Positions 31,800 to 43,595 of a stretch of DNA of 64,000 nt are shown piece after piece. A program made the position numbers and the translations under genes. The DNA comes from an uncultured Gemmatimonadaceae bacterium (GTDB taxonomy: Bacteria; Gemmatimonadota; Gemmatimonadetes; Gemmatimonadales; Gemmatimonadaceae): positions 736,001-800,000 of the forward strand of contig CAWBOC010000009.1 in assembly GCA_963790305.1 (NCBI GenBank), written 5' to 3'. The notes beneath the pieces were generated by a model, which made no database searches, had not been told where the DNA came from, and worked only from the letters and a program-made list of their open reading frames with translations. The stretch's first letter is position 1, and every line of letters starts with the position of its first letter.

Positions 31800-34136
31800 A
31801 TGAAGATCGTCACTGTGGGCGGCGGGCCCGCTGGGCTGTATTTCGCGCTCCTGCTCAAGAAGCGCCGCCCCGACGCCGACATCATCGTGCTCGAGCGAAA
31901 CGCCCCCGACGACACGTTCGGATGGGGCGTCGTGTTCTCCGACCAGACGCTCGACAACGTCCGCGCCGCCGACGAGCCCACTCATCAGGCGATCAGCGAC
32001 AGCTTCGCGCGGTGGGACGACATCGACATCCACTTCAGAGGCACGACGATTACGTCGGGCGGACATGGATTCGCCGGCATCGCGCGCCGGCGCCTGCTCG
32101 AGATTCTTCAGCAGCGTGCACGGAGCCTTGGCGTCGACCTTCGATTTCGGCAGGAGATCCGGGGCCTCGCCGATCTGAAGCGACTCGGACTCGACGACGC
32201 GGACGTCGTCGTCGCCGCCGACGGCATCAACAGCGTGATCCGGCAGGAGCTCGCCGCGCACTTCCGACCGAATCTCGATGTGCGAAAAGCGCCCTACATC
32301 TGGCTCGGAACCACGCAGCGCTTCGACGCCTTCACCTTCATCTTCGTCATCAACGACGCGGGCGTCTTTCAGGTGCACGCCTATCGCTTCGAGGAAGCGC
32401 AGTCGGCGTTCATCGTCGAATGCGACGAGCGTTCGTGGCGGAACGCCGGCTTCGATCGGATGGATGCGGCGGAGTCGCTCGCGGCATGCGAGGCGATGTT
32501 CGGGCCGTGGCTGGGAGGGCATCGCCTCATGCACAACGCACCGCATCAGCGCGCCAAACCCTGGCTCACCTTCGTGCGGGTGAGCAACGGCTCGTGGTTT
32601 CACGACAAGGTCGTGCTCATCGGGGACGCGGCCCACACCGCGCACTTCTCCATCGGCTCGGGGACCAAGCTCGCGCTCGAGGACGCCATCGTCCTGGCGC
32701 GCGTGATCGACGAGCATGGCACCAAGGACCTGCCCGGCGCGCTGCAGCGCTACCAGGACGAGCGCATGACCGAGGCGCTCCGTCTCCAGAATGCGGCGCG
32801 CAATTCGATGGAATGGTTCGAGAACGTGCGACGGTACGTGAATCTCGACCCGCCGCAGTTCGCGTATTCACTCCTCACGCGCAGCCAGCGCGTGAGCCAC
32901 GAAAATCTCCGCATGCGCGACGGCACGTATCTGTCGGGCGTGGAACGATGGTTCGCGAGCCGGGCAGCGACTTCCCCGAACGCGCGCGAGTCCGCCAGCG
33001 ATGAGATGCCGCCGCCACCGATGTTCACTCCCTTTCGGCTACGCGGCACCACCCTGGAGAATCGAGTCGTCGTCGCGCCCATGGACATGTACTCGGCCGT
33101 CGACGGAACGCCGGGCGACTTCCATTTCGTCCACCTCGGCGCCCGCGCGCTCGGCGGCGCGGGACTGCTGGTGACGGAGATGACATGCGTTTCTGCCGAC
33201 GCACGCATCACACTCGGCTGCACGGGGATGTATTCCGACCAGCACGTTGGCGCGTGGCGGCGCATCACCGACTTCGTGCACCAGTGGAGCCGCGCCAGGA
33301 TCTGCCTGCAGCTCGGCCACGCGGGTCGAAAGGGGTCGGTCAAGCTCCCCTGGGAGGGCGGCGACGACACGCCTCTCACGGGGCAGGGCTGGCCCGTGCT
33401 CGCGCCTTCCGCCATCCCTTACACGTCGCACATGCCGATCCCGCGCGAGATGACGCGCGCCGACATGGACCGCGTGCGCGAGGCCTTCGTGCGCGCGGCG
33501 CGCATGGCCATTGAGGCGGACTTCGACATGCTGGAGCTGCACTGTGCCCACGGGTATTTGCTCTCGAGCTTCATCACGCCCCTCAGCAATCAGCGTAAGG
33601 ACGAGTACGGCGGCAGCCTCGAGAATCGCGTGCGCTTCCCGGTGGAGGTCTTCGCCGCGATGAGGGCGGTATGGCCCGCCGATCGACCGATGTCGGTGCG
33701 CATCTCGGCCACCGATTGGGTGAATGGCGGCGTGACGGGAGATGACGCGGTCGAGATCTCGCGGGCGTTCGGCCGCGCCGGCGCCGACATCATCCACGTG
33801 TCGACCGGCCAAACGTCGATCGATGCGAAACCCGTGTATGGACGCATGTATCAGACACCGTATAGCGACCAGGTGCGCAACGAGTGCGGGCTCCCCACCA
33901 TCGCGGTCGGGAACATCGTCGATGGCGATCAGGTGAACGCGATCATCGCGGCAGGCCGTGCCGACCTGTGTGCACTCGCGCGACCGCACCTCGCCAATCC
34001 CCACTGGACGCTGTTGGCCGCCGCGACCGCCGGGTACTCCGCCCAGCATTGGCCTGTGCAGTACCTCACCGGGAAGCGACAGCTCGAGCGCGCGATGCAA
34101 CGAGAGCTCGAGCTGCGCGGGACGGCGACGATATGA
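31800..34136 (+). CDS. Bifunctional anthraniloyl-/salicylyl-CoA monooxygenase-reductase (AbmA-like)
   Basis: [33 protein letters not shown], fused OYE domain [20 protein letters not shown]. Confidence 0.93.
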   Translation: MKIVTVGGGPAGLYFALLLKKRRPDADIIVLERNAPDDTFGWGVVFSDQTLDNVRAADEPTHQAISDSFARWDDIDIHFRGTTITSGGHGFAGIARRRLLEILQQRARSLGVDLRFRQEIRGLADLKRLGLDDADVVVAADGINSVIRQELAAHFRPNLDVRKAPYIWLGTTQRFDAFTFIFVINDAGVFQVHAYRFEEAQSAFIVECDERSWRNAGFDRMDAAESLAACEAMFGPWLGGHRLMHNAPHQRAKPWLTFVRVSNGSWFHDKVVLIGDAAHTAHFSIGSGTKLALEDAIVLARVIDEHGTKDLPGALQRYQDERMTEALRLQNAARNSMEWFENVRRYVNLDPPQFAYSLLTRSQRVSHENLRMRDGTYLSGVERWFASRAATSPNARESASDEMPPPPMFTPFRLRGTTLENRVVVAPMDMYSAVDGTPGDFHFVHLGARALGGAGLLVTEMTCVSADARITLGCTGMYSDQHVGAWRRITDFVHQWSRARICLQLGHAGRKGSVKLPWEGGDDTPLTGQGWPVLAPSAIPYTSHMPIPREMTRADMDRVREAFVRAARMAIEADFDMLELHCAHGYLLSSFITPLSNQRKDEYGGSLENRVRFPVEVFAAMRAVWPADRPMSVRISATDWVNGGVTGDDAVEISRAFGRAGADIIHVSTGQTSIDAKPVYGRMYQTPYSDQVRNECGLPTIAVGNIVDGDQVNAIIAAGRADLCALARPHLANPHWTLLAAATAGYSAQHWPVQYLTGKRQLERAMQRELELRGTATI

Positions 34137-34927
34137 CCGCGCACGCGGTCGGTGCGTTCCTCGCCGGAAAGCACGCCATCGTCACCGGCGGCGGCAAGGG
34201 AATTGGCGCCGCGATCGCGCGGGAGCTGGCGGGCCACGGAGCCTCGCTGACGCTTCTCGGGCGCGACACGACGGCCCTCGACCGTCAGGCGGCCGCGATC
34301 GGGAAGCTGGGCGCGCGCGTTCAGACGTTCGTCTGCGACGTCGCCGACGAGGCTCTCGTCGAGAGCGCCTTCCGCGAGGCCATCGGTGCGCTCGGCGTGC
34401 CGTACATTCTCGTGAACAACGCCGGGGATGCTTCCGCAGCACTCTTCCACGAGCTCGACCGCGCCAGCTGGGATCACACGATCGCGGTGAATCTCACCGG
34501 AACCTTCCTCTGCACGAGACAAGTCATCGGCCCCATGCTCCAGGCGGCGGAAGGGCGGATCGTCAACATCGCGTCCACGGCGGCGCTCAAAGGCTACAAG
34601 CGCATGGCCGCATACGCCGCGGCCAAACACGGCATACTCGGCCTAACGAGATGTGTTGCGTTGGAGACCGCGAAGAGCGGGATCACCGTCAACGCGGTGT
34701 GTCCCGGATATACGGCGGAGACGGGATTGCTCGACCGGGCCGTGAGCAATCTCACCAGCGCGGGAAAGAGCGAGCAGGAGGCGCGAGACATGTTGAACCG
34801 GGGGAGCGCGCGCGGATCGCTCGTCCGTCCGGAGGAGGTTGCCAGCGCCGTCGCCTGGCTGTGCTCGCCGGGGGCGAGCGCCGTCACCGGGCAGGCGATC
34901 GTCGTCGCGGGCGGGGAGGTCATGTGA
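34133..34927 (+). CDS. SDR oxidoreductase (AbmB-like)
   Basis: [17 protein letters not shown]. Confidence 0.9.
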   Translation: MTAHAVGAFLAGKHAIVTGGGKGIGAAIARELAGHGASLTLLGRDTTALDRQAAAIGKLGARVQTFVCDVADEALVESAFREAIGALGVPYILVNNAGDASAALFHELDRASWDHTIAVNLTGTFLCTRQVIGPMLQAAEGRIVNIASTAALKGYKRMAAYAAAKHGILGLTRCVALETAKSGITVNAVCPGYTAETGLLDRAVSNLTSAGKSEQEARDMLNRGSARGSLVRPEEVASAVAWLCSPGASAVTGQAIVVAGGEVM

Positions 34928-34972
34928 GCCCGCCCGCTTCCCGCCCTTGACCGTTCGCCCTAAGTTGGCCGA

Positions 34973-35806
34973 ATGACCACGCGCATTCGCGGCGCAGACC
35001 TCAAGCCGCGCCACTTCCAGTGGCACGTCGACGACCGCGTCGCCACGATCACGCTGAACCGTCCCGAGCGAAAGAATCCGCTCACCTTCGAAGCGTACGC
35101 GGAGCTGCGCGATACGTTCCGGCAGCTCGCCTTCGCCAGCGACATCAAGGTAGTCGTGCTCACCGGCGCCGACGGGAACTTCTCGTCAGGCGGCGACGTG
35201 CACGAGATCATCGGGCCGCTCGTCAAGCTGAAACGCGAGGGGAAGATGGACGAGCTCCTCGCCTTCACGAGAATGACGGGGGACGTCGTGAGAGCGATGC
35301 GCGCGTGCCCGCAGCCGATCATTGCCGCCGTCGATGGCGTCTGCGCCGGGGCCGGAGCCATCCTGGCCATGGCGAGCGACCTCCGGATCGGGACGTCGCG
35401 GACGCGCGTCGCGTTTCTGTTCACGCGCGTGGGCCTCTCGGGGGCGGACATGGGCGCCTGCGCGATGCTTCCGCGGATCATCGGCCAGGGACGGGCCGCC
35501 GAGCTGTTGTATACCGGGCGGTTCATGTCGAGCGATGAGGCGGAGCGGTGGGGGTTCTTCAACAAGGTGACGAACCCGGAAGCGCTCGCCGACGAGGTGC
35601 GATCGCAGTCGCGCTCGCTCGCCTCCGGTCCGACGTTCGCTCACGCGATGACGAAACGGGCCTTGCACCAGGAATGGGGAATGGCGCTCGACGAGGCGAT
35701 CGAGAGCGAGGCGCAGGTGCAGGCGATGTGCATGGCGACGGAGGATTTCGCGCGCGCGTTCGAGGCGTTCACTCGCAAACAGTCGCCAGTCTTCGAAGGC
35801 AATTGA
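34973..35806 (+). CDS. Enoyl-CoA hydratase family (AbmC-like)
   Basis: [29 protein letters not shown]. Confidence 0.92.
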   Translation: MTTRIRGADLKPRHFQWHVDDRVATITLNRPERKNPLTFEAYAELRDTFRQLAFASDIKVVVLTGADGNFSSGGDVHEIIGPLVKLKREGKMDELLAFTRMTGDVVRAMRACPQPIIAAVDGVCAGAGAILAMASDLRIGTSRTRVAFLFTRVGLSGADMGACAMLPRIIGQGRAAELLYTGRFMSSDEAERWGFFNKVTNPEALADEVRSQSRSLASGPTFAHAMTKRALHQEWGMALDEAIESEAQVQAMCMATEDFARAFEAFTRKQSPVFEGN

Positions 35807-36987
35807 GGCAACCGGCAACGCCCGACCACCTCGAGTGGCCCTTCTTCGATGCCCCACATCGCGAGCTTGCCCGCGACATCCGCGAGTGGTCCCGAGCCGA
35901 GCTGTGGACTGAATCGGAGCCTGACGATGTCGATGCCGCCTGTCGAGCGCTCGTCAGGCGGCTCGGTGAGGCGGGATGGCTGCGGCATGTCGTGCCCGCG
36001 GCGTACGGGGGTGTGAGCGACACGCTCGACGGACGCTCGCTCTGCTTGATCCGCGAATCGCTGGCGACCGCCTCTGGCCTCGCCGACTTCTCGTTCGCGA
36101 TGCAGGGACTGGGAACGGGACCGATCACGTTGTTCGGCTCGGATGCGCTGAAGCGGCGGTACTTGCCGGACGTCGCGGCCGGACGGCACATCGCGGCGTT
36201 CGCGATCTCGGAGAGCGGGGCGGGCTCCGACGTCGGCGCCATGGAGACCGTCGCGCGGCGCGACAGCGAGGGGTTCGTGCTCGACGGCGAGAAAACGTGG
36301 ATCTCCAACGCCGGGATCGCCGATCATTACGTCGTCTTCGCGAAGCTGGACGAGGGAAAGTCCAAACGTGACGGAGAACGGCGATACATCGCGCTCGTCG
36401 TCGATGCCGACGACGACGGCATCAGCGTGACGGAGCGCATCGACGTCTCCGCGCCGCACCCGCTGGGGACGGTTCGATTCGAACGCTGCCGCGTGGCGGC
36501 GGATCGCGTCGTGGGCGAGCCAGGCGCAGGACTACGCGTCGCCCTCGCGACACTCGACCTGTTTCGGCCGACCGTCGGCGCAGCAGCGCTGGGGCTCGCG
36601 CGACGAGCAATGGAAGAGGCCTCTACCTGGGTCGCAGCGCGCGAGGTGTTCGGGAAAGCGCTGGCCGAGCATCAGATGACGCAGGCGCGTCTCGCCGAGA
36701 TGGCCGTGCGCATTGATGCCAGCGCGTTGCTCGTGTACCGTGCCGCCTGGACGCGCGACGCGACGGGACGGCGAACGACGCGTGAGGCGGCAATGGCGAA
36801 GCTTCACGCCACCGAAGGCGCGCAACGGGTGATCGACGATGCCATCCAGCTCCTCGGCGCTCGCGGAGTGCAAAAGGGCGCGGTCGTCGAGCGCCTCTAC
36901 CGGGAGATTCGTGCCCTCAGGATTTACGAAGGGACGAGCGAGATCCAGAAGATCGTGATCGCCGGTACGCTGACGGAGCGCGCGTGA
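35803..36987 (+). CDS. Acyl-CoA dehydrogenase (AbmD-like)
   Basis: [33 protein letters not shown] start inferred. Confidence 0.92.
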   Translation: MRQPATPDHLEWPFFDAPHRELARDIREWSRAELWTESEPDDVDAACRALVRRLGEAGWLRHVVPAAYGGVSDTLDGRSLCLIRESLATASGLADFSFAMQGLGTGPITLFGSDALKRRYLPDVAAGRHIAAFAISESGAGSDVGAMETVARRDSEGFVLDGEKTWISNAGIADHYVVFAKLDEGKSKRDGERRYIALVVDADDDGISVTERIDVSAPHPLGTVRFERCRVAADRVVGEPGAGLRVALATLDLFRPTVGAAALGLARRAMEEASTWVAAREVFGKALAEHQMTQARLAEMAVRIDASALLVYRAAWTRDATGRRTTREAAMAKLHATEGAQRVIDDAIQLLGARGVQKGAVVERLYREIRALRIYEGTSEIQKIVIAGTLTERA

Positions 36988-38603
36988 CCGCTCACGTCGA
37001 TCAGTTCGCGCGCCGCATGCTGCCTCCACGAGAGCTCTGGCCGGAGATCTCGATGGGCGAGCTGCGCTACCCGGACGTGATGAACTGCGCGGCGGAGCTG
37101 CTCGACACGATGGTCGGACAGGGCAACGGAGACCGTATCGCGCTGCGATTTCCGGGCGGCACGTGGACGTATCGCGAGCTGCTCGAGCACTCCAATCGGA
37201 TCGCGCATGTTCTCACGAGGGACCTGGGACTGGTACCGGGGAATCGCGTGCTGCTGCGCGGTCCGAACAATCCAATGATGGCGGCGTGCTGGTTCGCGGT
37301 GCTCAAGGCAGGTGGCGTCGTCGTGTGTACGATGCCGCTCCTTCGCGCGCGGGAGCTGGCGTATCTCATCGAGAAGGCGCAGGTCACGCTCGCGCTGTGC
37401 GATGCCCGCGTCCGACAGGAGCTGGAGCAGGCGGCGTCGAGCACGCCGACGCTGAAGCGGATCGTCGAGTTCGGGACCGATGCCCCCGGCTCGCTCGATG
37501 CGTTGACGCGCTCGAGGCCGGCGATCTTCACCAACATCGCCACGGCGGCCGATGACGTCGCCCTCATCGCGTTCACATCGGGAACGACGGGTCAGGCGAA
37601 GGGGACGATGCATTTTCATCGCGACGTTCTCGCGATCTGCGATCTGTTCCCACGTCACGTTCTTCGCCCGTCGCGCGACGATGTCTTCTGCGGCTCCCCT
37701 CCCCTGGCCTTTACCTTCGGCCTCGGGGGGCTGCTGCTTTTTCCGATGCGCGTGGGAGCATCGACGGTGCTGCTCGAGCAGGCAGCGCCGCCGCAGCTAC
37801 TGCAAGGAATCCAGGACTTTCGCGCCACCGTATGCTTCACCGCCCCGACCGCCTATCGAGCGATGGCGGCCGCCAGCGCTGGCTTCGATCTCTCCTCGCT
37901 CCGCAAATGCGTGTCGGCGGGAGAGCATCTTCCTGCGGCGACCTTCGAACAGTGGCGCGCCGCGACCGGCCTCAAGATCATCGATGGCATTGGCTCGACC
38001 GAGATGCTTCACATCTTCATCAGCGCGTCGGGTGAGGACATTCGCGCTGGATCGACGGGCCGCGCGGTGCCGGGGTATCGCGCTCGCGTGATCGACGGTC
38101 ACGGCGATGAGGTTCCCCCCGGGACGATCGGGCATCTCGCCGTGCAGGGGCCCACTGGGTGCCGCTATCTCGACGACACCGAACGCCAGCGCACCTACGT
38201 CAAGAATGGATGGAATTTGCCCGGCGATTCCTACCGCATGGATGAGGATGGCTATTTCTGGTATCAGGCCCGCACCGACGATCTCATCGTCTCGTCCGGC
38301 TACAAGATCTCCGGCCCCGAGGTCGAGAACGCGCTGCTCGATCATCCGTCGGTCGCCGAATGTGGCGTCGTCGGCGTGCCCGATGAGGAGCGCGGCTGCA
38401 TCGTGAAGGCGTTCGTCGTATTGAGGCCCGGCGTCACCGCCACGGAGGCCACCACCAAGGAGCTTCAGGAGTTCGTGAAATCGCAGATCGCGCCATACAA
38501 GTATCCCCGGTCGATCGAATTCGTCTCGGCGCTGCCACGTACCGAGACGGGCAAGCTTCAGCGCTTTCGCCTGCGCGACGCACGCGCGGGCAACGCGAAG
38601 TGA
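36984..38603 (+). CDS. 2-aminobenzoate-CoA ligase-like AMP-binding enzyme (AbmG-like)
   Basis: FTSGTTGQAKG, DGIGSTE, PRTETGK. Confidence 0.9.
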   Translation: MTAHVDQFARRMLPPRELWPEISMGELRYPDVMNCAAELLDTMVGQGNGDRIALRFPGGTWTYRELLEHSNRIAHVLTRDLGLVPGNRVLLRGPNNPMMAACWFAVLKAGGVVVCTMPLLRARELAYLIEKAQVTLALCDARVRQELEQAASSTPTLKRIVEFGTDAPGSLDALTRSRPAIFTNIATAADDVALIAFTSGTTGQAKGTMHFHRDVLAICDLFPRHVLRPSRDDVFCGSPPLAFTFGLGGLLLFPMRVGASTVLLEQAAPPQLLQGIQDFRATVCFTAPTAYRAMAAASAGFDLSSLRKCVSAGEHLPAATFEQWRAATGLKIIDGIGSTEMLHIFISASGEDIRAGSTGRAVPGYRARVIDGHGDEVPPGTIGHLAVQGPTGCRYLDDTERQRTYVKNGWNLPGDSYRMDEDGYFWYQARTDDLIVSSGYKISGPEVENALLDHPSVAECGVVGVPDEERGCIVKAFVVLRPGVTATEATTKELQEFVKSQIAPYKYPRSIEFVSALPRTETGKLQRFRLRDARAGNAK

Positions 38604-38995
38604 AGATCGTCCAGCCCGCGGGATGGCCGCGGCCTGCCGGCTACGCGAACGCCGTGAGCGCGAGCGGCCGCGTCGTGTCGGTGTCTGGGCAGATCGGATG
38701 GAACCCGGTCAGCGAGACGTTCGAGACCGACGAGATGGCGGCGCAGGTCCGACAGGCGCTCGACAATCTCGTGGTGGTGTTGCGCGCCGCGGGCGCGGAG
38801 GCGCGCCACGTCGTGCGTCTCACCTGGTACGTGACTGACCGCGCCGAGTACGTCGCTGCGCGCCGCGAGATCGGCGAGGCGTATCGCGCGCTGTTTTCCG
38901 ACCACTATCCCGCGATGTCCGTCGTCATCGTCGCCGGCCTGCTCGATCGCCGCGCCAAGGTGGAGATCGAGGCGACGGCCATGGTTCCACCGTAG
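38600..38995 (+). CDS. RidA/YjgF family protein
   Basis: SGQIG, YPAMS, VEIEATA. Confidence 0.9.
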   Translation: MKIVQPAGWPRPAGYANAVSASGRVVSVSGQIGWNPVSETFETDEMAAQVRQALDNLVVVLRAAGAEARHVVRLTWYVTDRAEYVAARREIGEAYRALFSDHYPAMSVVIVAGLLDRRAKVEIEATAMVPP

Positions 38996-39033
38996 CGACC
39001 AGAGTGATGACGTACGCGCGATTCCTCAGGGCG

Positions 39034-39119
39034 GATCGAGGATGTCGAAGGTGTCGAGGTGATCGAGGAGAGGCAACGAGGTGTCCTCGATTACCTCGAC
39101 GACCTCGACACCCTTGACC
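39034..39119. repeat. Palindromic element C1, 9-mer unit around TCGAGG
   Basis: GATCGAGGA TGTCGAAGG TGTCGAGGT GATCGAGGA ... TCCTCGATT ACCTCGACG ACCTCGACA CCCTTGACC. Confidence 0.85.
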
Positions 39120-39168
39120 ACTTAGGCCCGTTGCGTTGCCCTAGCGCGGGTCGCCAGTTTTCCCGCAC

Positions 39169-40356
39169 ATGTTGAAATCGACACCATTCCACCCGCGCAC
39201 CGCCGCGCTGATGGAAGCACAGCAGTGGCGGCGCTGGTCGGGGTTTCTCGTGGCGAGCGCCTACGAGATGTCGCACGAGCGCGAATACCACGCGATTCGC
39301 AACTCGGCGGCGCTCTTCGACGTGTCTCCACTCTACAAGTACCATGTGCGAGGCCGCGACGCGACGCGCCTGCTCGACCGCGTCGTGACGCGCAACGTCG
39401 CCAAGTGTCAGCCCTGCCAGGTGATGTACACCCCATGGTGCGACCCGCGCGGAAAGGTGATCGACGATGGAACGCTGCATCGCTTCGGGGAGGACAATTA
39501 TCGCCTGACCTCGGCCGACCCCAACATGCGCTGGCTCCACCAGAACGCGCGGGGCATGCAGGTGGAGATCGAGGATGCATCGGAGCGCGTGGCTTCCCTC
39601 TCGCTCCAGGGCCCGCTGTCACGGACCATTCTCGAGCATGCGATCGGGCGCGACCTGGGATCACTGAAATACTTCCGCCTCACCAACGCCACGGTCGCGG
39701 AGGTGCCGGTCGTGATCTCACGAACCGGCTACACCGGCGATCTCGGCTACGAAGTGTGGATGGATGCCGGTGACGCTCTTCCGGTGTGGGACGCGCTGAT
39801 GGCGCACGGAAAGCCATACGGGATCACTCCGGCGGGGATGCTCGCCCTCGACATCGCGCGCATCGAAGCGGGGCTCATTCTTCTCGACGTCGACTACGTG
39901 TCCGCTCGTAAGGCGCTCATCCCGGGTCAGCTCTCGTCCCCCTTCGAGCTCGCGCTGGCGTGGACCGTCTCGCTCGACAAGCAGCCATTCAACGGCAAGC
40001 AGGCGCTCGCGCAGGAGAAGGCCGAGGGCCCTTCCTGGTCGCTCATGGGTCTCGAGATCGACTGGCTCACCCTCGAGCCGCTGTACGAGAACATGGGACT
40101 CGCCCCGAGGGTGGCCGCGGCCGCCTCACGGGTGAGCGTGCCGGTGTACGACGGCTCGAAGCAGGTGGGCTACGCCACGAGTAGTACCTGGTCGCCGCTC
40201 CTCAAGCGCTACATCGCGCTCGCGCATCTGGAGGCATCAGCTGCGCGACCGGGCAAGACGCTCGAGTTCGAGATCACCGTCGAGCACCGGCGCAAGCGCG
40301 CCGAGGCGCGCGTTCGCAAGCTTCCGTTCTACGACCCCACCCGGAAGCGCGCGTGA
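39169..40356 (+). CDS. Aminomethyltransferase (GcvT-like, THF-binding) family protein
   Basis: LFDVSPL, VIDDG, LQGP, SRTGYTGDLGYE, ARIEAG. Confidence 0.92.
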   Translation: MLKSTPFHPRTAALMEAQQWRRWSGFLVASAYEMSHEREYHAIRNSAALFDVSPLYKYHVRGRDATRLLDRVVTRNVAKCQPCQVMYTPWCDPRGKVIDDGTLHRFGEDNYRLTSADPNMRWLHQNARGMQVEIEDASERVASLSLQGPLSRTILEHAIGRDLGSLKYFRLTNATVAEVPVVISRTGYTGDLGYEVWMDAGDALPVWDALMAHGKPYGITPAGMLALDIARIEAGLILLDVDYVSARKALIPGQLSSPFELALAWTVSLDKQPFNGKQALAQEKAEGPSWSLMGLEIDWLTLEPLYENMGLAPRVAAAASRVSVPVYDGSKQVGYATSSTWSPLLKRYIALAHLEASAARPGKTLEFEITVEHRRKRAEARVRKLPFYDPTRKRA

Positions 40357-41972
40357 AGAACGGGAAGGTGGACGCCATCATCATCGGCGCTGGGCATAAC
40401 GGGCTCATCTGCGCCGCGTACCTCGCGCGCGCCGGCAAGAAGGTGCTCGTGCTCGAGCGTCGGCACATCGTCGGCGGTGCGGCGGTCACGGAGGAGATCG
40501 TTCCGGGATTCAAGTTCTCCGAGTTCTCGTACGTCGTGAGCCTCTTGCGGCCGGAGATCATTCGCGAGCTCGACCTTCCAGGGCATGGCCTCCAGATCCT
40601 GCCCCTCGAGAGCACGGTCACGCCGATGCTCGACGGGAACTATCTCGCCGCGTGGGCGGATCACGACGAGACCCGTCGCGAGCTGTATCGACATTCACCC
40701 CGCGACGCCGACGCGTACGACGAGTTCGGCATCCTGATGCACCACATGGCGCACGCGGTGAAGCCGATCATCGGCATGATGCCACCCGATCCCGCATCGC
40801 TGTCCCCGAAGGAGCTGCTGTCTCTCGGCAAGCTGGGCGGACACATGCGATCGCTCGGGGCGCGGAAGTTCTACGCGCTGCACAAGCTCATGACGATGAG
40901 CTCGGCGGACTATCTCGACGAATGGTTCGAGACCGACGTGCTCAAGGCGACGAAGTCCGCGAGCGGGATCATCGGGACGTTCATGGGACCGCGCTCGCCC
41001 GGCTCGGCGTACGTGCTGCTGCATCATTACATGGGCGAGATCGACGGCGCCTTTCGCGCGTGGGGATTTCAGAAGGGCGGCACCGGCGGAGTGAGCGATG
41101 CGATCGCCGGGGCCGCGAAACAGCTGGGCGCAGAGATCAAGCTCGAGGCGCCGGTCGGCCGCGTGATCGTGAAGAATGGGCGCACGACGGGCGTCGCGCT
41201 CGAGAACGGCGACGAGTATCACGCCGACATCGTCGTGTCGGGGCTCGATCCCAAGCGGACCTTCCTCAAGCTCGTCGAGGAGCGCGAGCTGCCCGAGGAC
41301 TTCGTCGCCAGCATTCGCCGGTTCAAGACGCGTGGCTCGTCAGGCAAGGTGAATCTGGCGTTGTCGGAGCTGCCGCGCCTCACCTGCATGGAACCGGAGA
41401 ACATTGGCCGCTGGGGTGGGGTGCCCATTCCCGCCGAGCGGTATCTTCGCGGGGCGATCTCGATCAGCCCCACGATGGACTACGTCGAGCGCGCCTACGA
41501 CGACGCCAAGCACGGCTCCTTCTCGAAGCGTCCGTACATGGACGTCGTCATCCCGTCGATGATCGATCCCGGAATGGCGCCGCCAGGCCAGCACGTGATG
41601 TCGATCTTCTGTCAGTACGCGCCGTACGCGATCGACGGTGGGTGGGATGACGCGAAGCGCGAGGCGTTCGGAGACGCGGTCATCGACGCGCTCGCCGTGC
41701 ACGCGCCGAACATCAAGAACGCGATCATCGCGCGTCAGGTGCTGACGCCGGCTGATATCGAGCGCATCACCGGACTTACCGAAGGCAACATCTTCCAGGG
41801 CGAGCTCGCACTGGATCAGCTCTTTTTCCTGCGTCCGGCGCCGGGGTACGCGAAGTACCGTACGCCGGTCGATGGGTTCTATCAGTGCGGGTCAGGCACG
41901 CACCCCGGCGGCGGCATCATGGGCGCGTCCGGTCGCCTCGCGGCCCTGGCGATTCTCGGCGAGCGCTCATGA
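40353..41972 (+). CDS. Phytoene-dehydrogenase-like FAD oxidoreductase (PYROXD2-like)
   Basis: GAGHNG, LERRHIVGGAAVTEE, GNIFQGE, GTHPGGG. Confidence 0.88.
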   Translation: MKNGKVDAIIIGAGHNGLICAAYLARAGKKVLVLERRHIVGGAAVTEEIVPGFKFSEFSYVVSLLRPEIIRELDLPGHGLQILPLESTVTPMLDGNYLAAWADHDETRRELYRHSPRDADAYDEFGILMHHMAHAVKPIIGMMPPDPASLSPKELLSLGKLGGHMRSLGARKFYALHKLMTMSSADYLDEWFETDVLKATKSASGIIGTFMGPRSPGSAYVLLHHYMGEIDGAFRAWGFQKGGTGGVSDAIAGAAKQLGAEIKLEAPVGRVIVKNGRTTGVALENGDEYHADIVVSGLDPKRTFLKLVEERELPEDFVASIRRFKTRGSSGKVNLALSELPRLTCMEPENIGRWGGVPIPAERYLRGAISISPTMDYVERAYDDAKHGSFSKRPYMDVVIPSMIDPGMAPPGQHVMSIFCQYAPYAIDGGWDDAKREAFGDAVIDALAVHAPNIKNAIIARQVLTPADIERITGLTEGNIFQGELALDQLFFLRPAPGYAKYRTPVDGFYQCGSGTHPGGGIMGASGRLAALAILGERS

Positions 41973-43567
41973 CCTACGACGTGATCGTCATCGGAGGCGG
42001 CGTCGCCGGCCTCACGAGCGCCGCGCTCCTCGCGAAAGCGGGTCGTCGCGTGCTCGTGCTCGAGCGGCGGGACGTGCTGGGAGGGCTGCATTCCACCGAT
42101 GAGATCGTGCCCGGCGTGCGCGGTGACGCGGTGGAGCACGATGTTGGCTGGATCCCATCTTCGGTCATGAAGACGCTCGAGCTCGACGAGCGCGCGCTCT
42201 CGCTGGTGCGTCCCGATCCGTCGGCCGTCTCGCTGCTTCCTGGCGGCGAGACCCTGACGGTGTGGACCGACCCCGCGCGCACGTCGAGCGAGCTGCAGCG
42301 GCGTTCACCTGCCGATGCGCGCGCATGGCGCGCCTTTGGCGAGCGCGTGAGCCGGCTCGCGGGATTTCTCGAGGCCATCTATGACGGTCCGGCACCGGAG
42401 CCCCTCGCGTCCGGAGCGACGGAGCTGCTCTCGATGCTCGGACTCGGCCGCAAGGCACGCTCGTTAGGGCGCGACGGGATCATCGACCTGCTTCGCACGC
42501 TGCCGATGAGCGTCGCGGACGTGCTCGATGAGACGTTCGAAAATGCCGCGCTGAAGGGGCTGATCGCGACATCCGGGGTCTCGCGTCTCGTTCAGGGGCC
42601 GAAGTCGGGCGCGACCGCGTTTCTGCTGGTGCACAACCACGTTGGCACGCCACCGGGCGCCATTTGCTCGCGGCTGATCGCCCGCGGCGGGCTCGGCGCG
42701 CTCGCCAAGGCGCTGGCCGACTCCGCGCGTGCGGCGGGGGCCGAGATTCGAACTGATGCGGCCGTCGCACGTATCGCGGCAACCGAGGACGGGGTCAGCG
42801 GCGTGATTCTCGAGGGTGGCGAAGAGATCGCCGCGACCACGATTCTGTCGACGCTCGATCCGCGCCGCACGTTGTACGATCTGATCGACCCGATCTACAT
42901 CGATCCGGAGCTTTCACAGGCGATCGGGACGGCGAGGTATCGCGGCGCGTGCGCGAAGGTGAACCTCGTGCTGGATGGATTGCCGCCCCTTTCCGAAGAG
43001 CTCCTGCGCGGTGCGCTGGTGGTCGCGCCGAGCATGTCGTACCTCGAGCGCGCCTACGATGCAGCGAAGTACGGGGGGATTTCCGAGCGGCCATATCTCG
43101 AGGCGCGCATCCCCACCTTGCACGACCCGTCACTCGCACCGGCGGGACGGCACGTGATGTCGGTGCTCGTGCAGTGGGTGCCGTATCGCCTGCGTGGCGC
43201 GGCCTGGGACAGCGCGCGGCGCGACGCGGTCGGGACTCTGGTCATCGACACGCTGGCGGACGTGCTCCCGGGCTTCGCGAAGCGCGTCGTCGCGAAGCAG
43301 GTGCTGACGCCGAAGGACATCGAGGACAAATACGGCGCGACCGAGGGCAGCTTGACCCACGGGGAGCTGACGCTCGACCAGATTCTGTTCATGCGTCCGG
43401 TGCCCGGTCTGTCGAGGCATGCGACACCGATTTCCGGGCTGTATCTTGGCGGACCGGGCACCCACCCCGGCAGCTCGATCGCATCGGCGGCACGCGCCGC
43501 AGCGGCGATCGGCGGGTCCAAGCGAGGGGCGCGCTCGCGGGCGCGCGCGAAAGCAGCAGCACGGTGA
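41969..43567 (+). CDS. Second phytoene-dehydrogenase-like FAD oxidoreductase
   Basis: GGGVAG, YLERAYDAAKYG, LDQILFMRP, GTHPG; clear paralog of upstream gene. Confidence 0.85.
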   Translation: MTYDVIVIGGGVAGLTSAALLAKAGRRVLVLERRDVLGGLHSTDEIVPGVRGDAVEHDVGWIPSSVMKTLELDERALSLVRPDPSAVSLLPGGETLTVWTDPARTSSELQRRSPADARAWRAFGERVSRLAGFLEAIYDGPAPEPLASGATELLSMLGLGRKARSLGRDGIIDLLRTLPMSVADVLDETFENAALKGLIATSGVSRLVQGPKSGATAFLLVHNHVGTPPGAICSRLIARGGLGALAKALADSARAAGAEIRTDAAVARIAATEDGVSGVILEGGEEIAATTILSTLDPRRTLYDLIDPIYIDPELSQAIGTARYRGACAKVNLVLDGLPPLSEELLRGALVVAPSMSYLERAYDAAKYGGISERPYLEARIPTLHDPSLAPAGRHVMSVLVQWVPYRLRGAAWDSARRDAVGTLVIDTLADVLPGFAKRVVAKQVLTPKDIEDKYGATEGSLTHGELTLDQILFMRPVPGLSRHATPISGLYLGGPGTHPGSSIASAARAAAAIGGSKRGARSRARAKAAAR

Positions 43568-43595
43568 CACGATGACAATGATCCTGGTGTAATCG

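Noticed and set aside
40353..43567. Carotenoid biosynthesis (crtI)
   Set aside because: No crtB/crtE/crtY neighbours; context is GcvT and Rieske.
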